From Octopus sinensis (Eukaryota): a stretch of DNA of 7,965 bases. A program made the position numbers and the translations under genes. Of this stretch, positions 1 to 7,150 are shown in pieces. The first letter of the stretch is position 1. Each line of letters starts with the position of its first letter. The stretch spans positions 1 through 7,965 of the forward strand of contig NW_021828605.1 in NCBI RefSeq assembly GCF_006345805.1. Reading direction: 5' to 3'. Under the pieces are notes generated by a model. That model did no database searches and had not been told where the DNA came from. It saw nothing but the letters and a program-made list of their open reading frames with translations.

Positions 1-29
1 ACACACACACACACACACACACAACACAT
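1..29. repeat. (CA)n microsatellite, truncated by window start
   Basis: (AC)11 at 1-22 plus a degenerate tail. Confidence 0.97.
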
Positions 30-489
30 TATGTTAATACAATCTTCGCATGCATGTTATAGCTGATTACTATTAATATTCTAATGTTGCTCACTGTCAT
101 AAATATAAAAAAATTTGTCTGGTATTTATGTAACGTATCTGCTGGTGGTGAAGTCGCTGCTAAATTGCCCACCGTTCTTCTACGGCAAGAAATAAAATTG
201 AATTGTCAAGCTGACTTGGTAAAATATATATCTAGGTTTGTTGCTGTTGCACCGAAGTTCTCAAAGTTAATAACTGGTGTGATCGATAACGCAGCCGCTC
301 AGTAAGCGATAGATATGCAGATCGATTATCTATGGAATTTGTAGAAATATCTTTTTCTGCCTTAGCCATCCCTTATAGCCGTAAATATTATATGCGTATG
401 TATCTATATGTTCGTGTCGTGTAGAGAAACTTTCATGTATATGTTGGGTAGAGCATGTCTCTTTGTGTGCAAGTTCAATTCAGAGTTAT

Positions 490-866
490 AGTTTATATCT
501 GTCAATCTATATATATACATATATAAATATATACATTTGTACACATCTATAGAATACATGTACGCGCATATATATATATATATATTATATACACACACAT
601 GAATATGTATTTGTAAACATATATATGCATGTCTATATATGTATATCTGTAAATATATACATATATGTGTATGTGTGGTGTGTACATATAGATATACATA
701 TATACACACATGCATATACATATATGTATATATGCATATAAATATATATAATTGTACATATACATACATATTCCCACATATACATACATATGCAGATATA
801 TGTGCGAGTATGGAAGGGTTAATGTAACTCTGTGTGTGTGTGTGTGTGGTGTGTGTGTGTGTGTGA
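490..866. repeat. Compound TA/CA/TG low-complexity tract ending in (TG)n
   Basis: Near-continuous purine-pyrimidine alternation; (TG)n at about 830-864. Explains ORFs 404-769, 547-897 and 639-827. Confidence 0.93.
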
Positions 867-1134
867 ATTTATGTACAACTAAATACATGTACTTCACATT
901 GATTTCTTGAGTCTTTGAGTGTGTTTTATGTCTAAACTCCCTTAATCCATAGATTAAACTTCAATAACAGAACACATATCTATGTCCCTACCACTCTAGT
1001 CCTATCTCTACATCTACTCTATACATGGAAATATGTAAATAGATTTATGTTAATTTTACTCGGTCTGCTCATGCGCCATGTACTTTATGTAAATGCACGC
1101 AAGCACAAATATGCTTACATGCCTATGTGCGTCT

Positions 1135-1605
1135 GTGACACACATTATTATATATATATATATATGTGTGTGTGTGTATATATAATATATATATATATAT
1201 ATATTATGTATGTGTGTGTATATATATATATATGTACTATATAATATTATATATAATATCATATTTATATATATCATATATATATATATCATATTTATCT
1301 CATATATATATATATATTATATCATATATATATATATATATTATATCTATATATTATATATATATATACATATATATATACATATATATATATATACATA
1401 TATACACACACTCATATATATATTACAGAAATATACATATATGCATCATATATATATATTATATATATATATAAAGAAGAGACAGAGAGAGGAGGGATAT
1501 TAGATATTTAAAGATATAATACACTTGTGTGTGTGCATGCATATATATACATATATATACATGTATGTATACATATATATATATTCTATATATATATATA
1601 TACAC
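1135..1605. repeat. Compound (TA)n tract with TG, CA and TCAT interruptions
   Basis: Long degenerate (TA)n; source of the Y/I-rich pseudo-ORFs between 1047 and 1503. Confidence 0.95.
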
Positions 1606-1733
1606 GTGTAAAGTTTTCACACCAATGTATTGGATATTATATGCATTTAGACCATAGAGAGAGGGGGAGACATAGAAATATGTATGTATGTATTACATAC
1701 GTAAATATGTAGGCATGCATGTCTTCTTGTAGT

Positions 1734-1760
1734 TGTGTGTGTGTGTATATAAATACATAC

Positions 1761-1839
<79 letters not shown>

Positions 1840-1928
1840 TATGTTTGTATGTATGTATGTATGTGTTTATGTGCATCCGCTTATGTATGTACGTATGAGT
1901 ATGCATATATGTATATATGCATGTATGT
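1734..1928. repeat. (GT)33 microsatellite followed by degenerate (TATG)n
   Basis: Uninterrupted GT repeat at 1771-1836, then GTAT/TATG units. Confidence 0.97.
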
Positions 1929-2246
1929 AGAATTCCTCTCAGATTTATCGATCCACATAAATATCGATTACATCCAATCGAGATGTCGTTGTTTAAAATA
2001 TTTAAATATATTTAAATGTTGGACTTTAAAAACTTAACCATGGGACTTAGTAGTAACTTTTATCTTTAATAATCGATTATTGATGACTAACATGGTTGTG
2101 TCACCTAAAACTTGGTGTTAAGATTTATTTTACACAAGACTCTGCCAATGGACGATGTACTGTTAGACATCGTAGAGTAAAAAGAAAAACGAACAAAGTT
2201 TTGTTCCTGTAAATAACGATGCCAGAATATATAAATCTATTTTCCT

Positions 2247-2330
2247 CTTGTTTTAGTCATTAGACAACGGCCTTGCTGGGGCATCGCCATGAAAACTTTT
2301 TAGTCATTTGTATCGACTCTAGTCCTTATT
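2247..2330 (-). mobile_element. Old SINE 3'-region fragment, homologous to the copy at 7692-7965
   Basis: 2247-2287 aligns ungapped to 7700-7740 at 31/41 identity; TTAGTC..ATCGAC..AG..CTTA at 2300-2328 matches 7744-7772. Confidence 0.8.
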
Positions 2331-2435
2331 GTTTTATTTTTCTTTTAAAGAATGGCACTTATTCCATCGGACTAATTTGCCGACGTCTATGTTATAAAGA
2401 CGATTGTCAAGAATGGTGATGGGACAGAAAGAAAC

Positions 2436-2462
2436 ACACCACACACATACACACATATATAT

Positions 2463-2538
<76 letters not shown>

Positions 2539-2613
2539 ATATACAATACGGTCTCAATGACACCATTATCTCTTATATATATATATATATCTATATATAT
2601 ATATATATATATA
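2436..2613. repeat. (CA)n/(TA)n microsatellite cluster
   Basis: Pure AT alternation at 2467-2513, with further TA runs to about 2539 and at 2573-2613. Confidence 0.96.
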
Positions 2614-2742
2614 ACATGTTTACCGTTGTTGATAACTATATGACGATAACACTGTAGTTGTTTATAATAGTCTAACTTCATGTTGGGATCAAAGCGTTTT
2701 GTATGAACACAGTTTAGACTTGGGATGAGAGAAAACTACTGG

Positions 2743-2766
2743 GTGTGTGTGTGTGTGTGTGTGTGT
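2743..2766. repeat. (GT)12 microsatellite
   Basis: Direct reading. Confidence 0.95.
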
Positions 2767-3314
2767 TTTGGTAGGCTGGCACTATATATAAAACATTTGT
2801 AGAAAATTGTAGTTATATTTTTGATTAAATTCGTCGTAAACGAACAATTGAACGCTGTTGTTTTACACCAGTGATGGTCAACTTTTTTTTATATATAACC
2901 TAATCTAAAAGTTTTATAAATCAAGCTTTGAGAATAAATTTCACCAAATCTCTGACATAAACCCAAGCAAAATCTACCACCCAGTCCTACCTGAAAACGT
3001 GATAATTTTAAATTCACTAAAGGGGGTGGGGAAGGGGATCTTGAAATACGTCTAAATCGATAGGTATGCAATTATATAAATGTCACGGTGTCCCACTAAA
3101 CATTTTGGCAAATGACCCATTTGTCGGTCATATAGCAAAAATTGTGCAGGTCATGTATGATTGAGCACGCCTATAATAAAAGGCATTTCAAGCGTGACCA
3201 TCCTGTTTGTAAGGAACCTGGGAGTGTCATTATTTAATATAAGTTTACCTTTCGTTAAAGAAAATGGTATTAATTGAGGGGAACTTACCAGCTATTTCTG
3301 GCAGGTTGAAAGAC

Positions 3315-3318
<4 letters not shown>

Positions 3319-3354
<36 letters not shown>
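3319..3354. repeat. (TA)18 microsatellite
   Basis: Direct reading. Confidence 0.97.
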
Positions 3355-3360
<6 letters not shown>

Positions 3361-3713
3361 TAAAAACAAAAAAACAAAATGAAGGCTTCCATGTAGTGGC
3401 ATAATCTGCTAAAGATAGCAGCCTATTTCTTCTCAAACCCACCATTTATCTGTCTGTCTTGAAAAAAAAAATACAGAAGAACCATTAAGCAATATTGACA
3501 GATTCACTATGATTCCAAAAATTATGTATGGGCAGAAATGAAACATTTTTGAACATAGGTTATACTGATTCGGGGCTGAGCAAGGGCTAAAGAACTTAAC
3601 AACAAAACCAACTTTCACGGAACCTTATTTCTGTTTCAATAATCAACGTTTGCTGTCGATATATCATCTTTCGTTTGTTTACAGATCTGGTCTTTCATTT
3701 TGAATGCGTGAGA

Positions 3714-3771
3714 CAGACTGTCGTCTGCTTCTCAAACTGTCGTCTGCTTCTCAGACTGTCGTCTGCTTCTC
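3714..3771. repeat. 19-bp minisatellite, 3 copies (CAGACTGTCGTCTGCTTCT)
   Basis: Units at 3714-3732, 3733-3751 (one G>A at 3735) and 3752-3770, with no spacers. Confidence 0.96.
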
Positions 3772-3937
3772 GTTCTGCCTTACTCATTACTACAATTTCA
3801 TTTTGACTTCTTTTTTCAGCAATGTCATACTTTTCGTTTTTTTTCAAAATGCCTTTGCAGAAATACATATGTAAACAGAAATAAAAGCGAGCAGTGGACA
3901 GGTAGTACACACTTTATTAAAAGCAGCAGAAATATCA

Positions 3938-3986
3938 CAATAACTGTTACTCAGAATTTCACGTTCCCATTCGTCGGACAGTTTTG
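3938..3986 (-). ncRNA. Putative minimal Type I hammerhead ribozyme (Penelope-like element type, U4C core variant)
   Basis: Minus strand reads CAAAACUGU-CCGACGA-AUG GGAA CGU-GAAA-UUC U GAG-UA^ACAGUUAUUG. Stem I is AACUGU (3983-3978) with ACAGUU (3947-3942), a perfect 6 bp extendable to 9 bp with one bulge. Core C(C)GANGA at 3977-3971, 3-bp stem II with a GNRA loop, GAAA at 3960-3957, palindromic stem III, and a GUA triplet with predicted cleavage between 3948 and 3947. Confidence 0.75.
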
Positions 3987-4039
3987 TTTAATAAAGCATA
4001 TTACTCTATGGTATTTGAGTACTCTTTTTCCCACCTTGT

Positions 4040-4064
4040 TTCACATTTATGCTTCACATTTATG
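4040..4064. repeat. 13-bp tandem duplication (TTCACATTTATG x2)
   Basis: Copies at 4040-4051 and 4053-4064. Confidence 0.9.
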
Positions 4065-4076
4065 TGCTTACACCGG

Positions 4077-4077
4077 T

Positions 4078-4133
<56 letters not shown>
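4077..4133. repeat. (TA)n(CA)n microsatellite
   Basis: Direct reading. Confidence 0.96.
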
Positions 4134-4146
4134 TAGGCTATATAAG

Positions 4147-4383
4147 GTAGTCGTAGTTTACGACCGGTCAGAAAGTTACTGTTAGTTTCACATCCATTAT
4201 TTCTCTTAGCAATACAGGCGACTCACCTAACCTGTTGGCCCGAGGCACACAACCTCTGCACTTTTACTACCATTAGTAAAGGACGTATGTGCCTCCGGCC
4301 AGTAGGTTTCTTGAATCACTTATATAGTTAAGTGCAATAATAAACCAGTGGTAACTTTCTGACCGGCCTTAACCAACGACTAC
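4147..4383. mobile_element. 237-bp imperfect palindrome; MITE/foldback-like non-autonomous element
   Basis: Terminal arms 4147-4179 and 4351-4383 are 29/33 complementary (inner 16 bp perfect). 4196-4236 vs 4301-4341 is 28/41; 4237-4249 vs 4288-4300 is 12/13. Central hairpin TTTACTA-CCAT-TAGTAAA at 4263-4280. Confidence 0.75.
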
Positions 4384-4593
4384 AGAAAATATTAAAGCCC
4401 AAAACAATTTCTTTAGAGCAGTAACATTTTATTTTCGGACCTATGGACAACTGACCGATATATATATATAGGGGAGAGAAAGACAAACAAACAGATAAAT
4501 ACAGGTAGGTAGCCACCCTAAAATACACATAAGTATAGGCCTGATTCAAGTATACAATTAGCCTCACGTATTCATAGACGCAGTCACACATGC

Positions 4594-4778
4594 ATGTATA
4601 TATGTATATATGTTTGTGTATTTATATACATATTTGTCTATATTTGTGTTCATATATGCATATATACACCCCTACTCTATATATATATGTGTGTGTGTGT
4701 AATTACGTATGTGTTGTATCTATGTTACATGTGTAGTTATATACACATATATATATATACATACATATTTATATATAG
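4594..4778. repeat. Compound TA/TG/CA low-complexity tract
   Basis: Direct reading; explains ORFs 4594-4959 and 4709-4966. Confidence 0.9.
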
Positions 4779-4924
4779 ATATTCCTCAATGGGTCGTAAC
4801 ATCCCTAGCATCAGCCCCGCCACCATCAGCATCCCTACAACTTCCTCTTCTTTCATCTTTTCACTTAATTTTCCGCCATCTCGCTTCCATTTTATCTCTT
4901 TATCTAATCAGTTATATGCCCATT

Positions 4925-4987
4925 ATACACCCGTCGGCCAGTGTTCTGGGTACAGTTAGCATTTAATACACTGGCCAACGGGTGTAT
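4925..4987. other. Near-perfect hairpin: 20-bp stem, 23-nt loop
   Basis: ATACACCCGTCGGCCAGTGT (4925-4944) vs ACACTGGCCAACGGGTGTAT (4968-4987): 19/20 Watson-Crick pairs; the single mismatch is a G-U pair on the minus strand. Confidence 0.9.
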
Positions 4988-5065
4988 CATTGTTTTGGTT
5001 GTTATTAATAGGAGGTGGAATTAGAGGAGCAGTTTGAGGACATATTACTCATATGTTTATTAGCA

Positions 5066-5238
5066 TACACACACGTGTGTGTGTGTGTGTGTGTACATGT
5101 GTGTGTGTGGTGTGTACATGTGTGTGTGTGCATATATGTGTGTGTACATGTGTGTGTACATGTGTGTGTAAATGTGTGTGTGTGTACATGTGTGTGTGTA
5201 CATGTGTGTGTGTACATGTGTGTGTGTACATGTGTGTA
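5066..5238. repeat. (TG)n array punctuated by TACA, with a higher-order 12-16 bp period
   Basis: TGTACA at 5092, 5113, 5143, 5155, 5183, 5197, 5211 and 5225, plus the variant TGTAAA at 5167. Confidence 0.95.
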
Positions 5239-5280
5239 GGTGCTGATTGTCAAACACAATAATTGCTAGATAGATAGATA

Positions 5281-5800
5281 TGTTTCTTTATTAGCCACAC
5301 AGGGCTGCACACAGACGGGACAAATTACAAGGTAGAGCTTTTCTTTTGGGGCTAAAAAAAGGGGGGTTGGTTTTCGATCAAAAGGGATCGTAAAAGGAAA
5401 GAAAGAGGACAAAAAGGGGAGGATAATTTTTTTTTTATTTAAAAAAGGGGGCGGGGGATTGATCAATAAGGATATTTATCACAGAAATGTCAATATGAAC
5501 AGGTGAGGTTTACCCGTGGAAAGAAAAGCCTACGGAAAAGACCACGCACGGAAGTCACATGTTATATTTCTTTTTTCTTTCTTTTTTGCAAATAAACAAC
5601 TCTCTGTATTAATTTTTACGGTTCATAGAATCATAGTCAATGTGGCTTCGTCATTCATACGTGCCATCCTTGCTACATTCACCCATTTTTTTTTTAAACA
5701 TTCACTAGACGAAACTTGCCTCTCTACTCTCACTTTCCTCTTCAAGTGATACTTGAAGAAGTTGATGAGAGATTGTCCAGAGAGGAAAGTGTTTGTCTCT
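5281..5800 (-). mobile_element. 5'-truncated non-LTR retrotransposon (LINE; L1-clade/Tx1-like) 3' end
   Basis: Open 58-codon ORF2-like tail at 5799-5623, about 340 nt of 3' UTR, AATAAA at 5292-5287 (minus) 6 nt before a (TATC)n run, and (GATA)n on both flanks. The clade assignment rests on my recognition of the K-x-R-V-E...W C-terminal pattern and was not searched. Confidence 0.7.
5623..5799 (-). pseudogene. C-terminal remnant of LINE ORF2 (ETNTFLSGQSLINFFKYHLKRKVRVERQVSSSECLKKKWVNVARMARMNDEATLTMIL*)
   Basis: Complex, non-repeat peptide with an intact frame and TGA at 5625-5623. The upstream part of track ORF 5623-5961 is translated GATA microsatellite, so the element has no real start codon. 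Confidence 0.65.
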
Positions 5801-5801
5801 A

Positions 5802-5887
5802 ATAGATAGATAGATTGATAGATAGATAGATTGATAGATAGGTAGACAGACAAAAAGATAGAATGACAGATAGACAGATATATAGAT
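5802..5887. repeat. Degenerate (GATA)n/(GACA)n tetranucleotide array
   Basis: Direct reading; a short matching run TAGATAGATAGATA lies at 5267-5280 on the other side of the LINE fragment. Confidence 0.93.
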
Positions 5888-6050
5888 GTTATAGGTGTGT
5901 ATGCGTGCGTGTAATAACTAAATATACGTATATAAACCCCCAAACTGAGGCCAAATTGCATTTAAAGTGTTGAGGTCCATCAAATATTTTATTATTCAAT
6001 AGGACAACGAAATGAGAAGCGTATGGCCAACCTGTGGAACCTTAAGATAT

Positions 6051-6194
6051 AGGTGTAGCTGTGTGGTAAGCAGTTTGCATCCAAAACACATGGTTCCGGT
6101 TTCAATCCCACTGCGTGCACCTGAGCAAAACCTTGTGAGTGGCTTTGGGAGATGGAAAATGAAGGAAGCCCGTTACATGTATGTGTGTGTGTGT

Positions 6195-6240
<46 letters not shown>

Positions 6241-6327
6241 TACCACCACTTGACCTCTGGTATTGGTGTGTTGGTGTGTCCGTAACTTAGCGATAGAATA
6301 AGTCTAGTGACTGGAACAAATAAAAGA
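6051..6327 (+). mobile_element. tRNA-derived SINE, forward copy with internal (TG)n and internal deletions
   Basis: A-box-like TAGCTGTGTGG at 6056-6066 and B-box-like GTTTCAATCCC at 6099-6109. 6142-6171 matches the reverse complement of 7936-7965 at 25/30. The 3' end TGACTGGAACAAATAAAAGA matches the reverse complement of about 7693-7712. Confidence 0.9.
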
Positions 6328-6644
6328 TACCAAAACAACAAATTGACATAAAATATTTATTTTTCGAAATTTGCATCTAAAATTCCAAATTCTTCAGCCA
6401 AATCCGAATGCTATCTTGAGATGGCGCTGCAATTTGCCCTGTCAGCGAAAATTCAATCTCTCCTAAATATGACTTAGTTTCATTTCTTTTATATTTGCTT
6501 TTTCGTTTTTATTCTACTGTTTTTTTTTCTTTTATAATTATTTTTATCTTCATTATTTCTTGTTTTATTTCGGCGTTGTTACCGTTTCTGGAATCTAAGC
6601 CACTTAAGTGTTAATATTGATCTTTGGACTTTGATACCAGACTT

Positions 6645-6790
6645 CATCTTGAAGGCTAAATGTGTAGTCGATGAAATTGAATCTAGTTTTTGGATTGGTG
6701 CCGTATTTTATTGATCTCCAGAATAATCAAAGACAAAATCAACTCCGAATAGAATTTGTTCACAGAGTTTAAAAGGAAATAAAGAATTTA
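6645..6790 (-). mobile_element. Highly decayed SINE fragment sharing a central domain with the 7692-7965 copy
   Basis: TAGTCG-N3-AAAT at 6665-6677 vs 7744-7756; TATTTTATTGATCTC at 6704-6718 vs TATTCTATCGGTCTC at 7794-7808 (12/15, all transitions). The extension to about 6790 rests on recollection of octopus SINE consensus. Confidence 0.45.
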
Positions 6791-7122
6791 ATACTTCTGG
6801 CGTTTCAAGTGACACCTAACTAAATATAACCTCCGTAATGTTGGGTTGAGGCGATCATAAGTATCTTAACACCTGATTAAAAATAAACGTATTATTACCT
6901 TCCAGAAATATAAGTGAAGGAAATAATCTGAACTTTGGCAAGTTTTAACCACAAAATATAAAAGGACTTAAGCTGTGGCAGTCTGTCGAAGATTGCTTCC
7001 GTGTACGGTCCTACCATAATCTCTATTTAAAAATAGACGATATAAACGCTGGGTTGGTGGGTGGTACGGTGATTGATTCCTTCTGTCACGCTTTAGAGCG
7101 TATAAAGAACGAGGGAGAGAAA

Positions 7123-7140
7123 GTGTGTGTGTGTGTGTGT
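7123..7140. repeat. (GT)9 microsatellite
   Basis: Direct reading. Confidence 0.9.
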
Positions 7141-7150
7141 AAGAAGTGAT

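Larger units (their letters stand above)
3912..4075. mobile_element. Probable Penelope-like element (pseudo-LTR) remnant with internal inversion
   Basis: Contains the hammerhead fold; 10-bp inverted repeat CTTTATTAAA (3912-3921) / TTTAATAAAG (3987-3996) giving AATAAA on each strand facing outward; ends in (TA)n. No RT or GIY-YIG ORF is visible, and the boundaries are approximate. Confidence 0.45.

Noticed and set aside
404-2037. ORF-track entries rich in Y/I/H/T/C/V (for example 404-769, 547-897, 1166-1474, 1637-1906, 1771-2037)
   Set aside because: Translations of TA/CA/TG repeats, which lack stop codons in some frames; no domain signal.
2068-2206. Three short palindromes: AATAATCGATTATT (2068-2081), ACGATGT-N8-ACATCGT (2152-2173) and GAACAAA-GT-TTTGTTC (2191-2206)
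   Set aside because: 7-bp arms are expected by chance in 8 kb of AT-rich DNA, and they are not nested or related to each other.
3022-3037. G-rich GGGGGTGGGGAAGGGG
   Set aside because: Only three G-runs, so not a canonical four-tract G4.
2869-3205. hAT-like TIR start CAGTGATGGTCAAC (2869-2882) with a partial inverted match TGACCATC-CTG (3195-3205)
   Set aside because: Only 8 contiguous matches plus an indel; the 8-bp flanks (TTTTACAC vs TTTGTAAG) do not form a TSD.
3148-3312. Stretch resembling another octopus interspersed repeat (AGGCATTTCAAGCGTGACCATCC...GCTATTTCTGGCAGG)
   Set aside because: Based on recollection only, with no second copy or structural hallmark in the window; needs a repeat-library search.
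3661-3720. Splice-acceptor-like TCTTTCGTTTGTTTACAG ending at 3684
   Set aside because: Two frames stop within 27 nt, the third is unrecognisable, and no convincing donor follows.
3714-3771. CRISPR-like direct repeats
   Set aside because: The units are contiguous with no spacers, there are no cas genes, and the context is eukaryotic.
3695-3910. Minus-strand 71-aa ORF
   Set aside because: Runs through the 19-bp repeat and AT-rich sequence; no recognisable motif or splice support.
5005-5262. Five overlapping HT- or CV-rich ORFs resembling metal-binding proteins
   Set aside because: Pure artefact of the (TG)n/TACA array.
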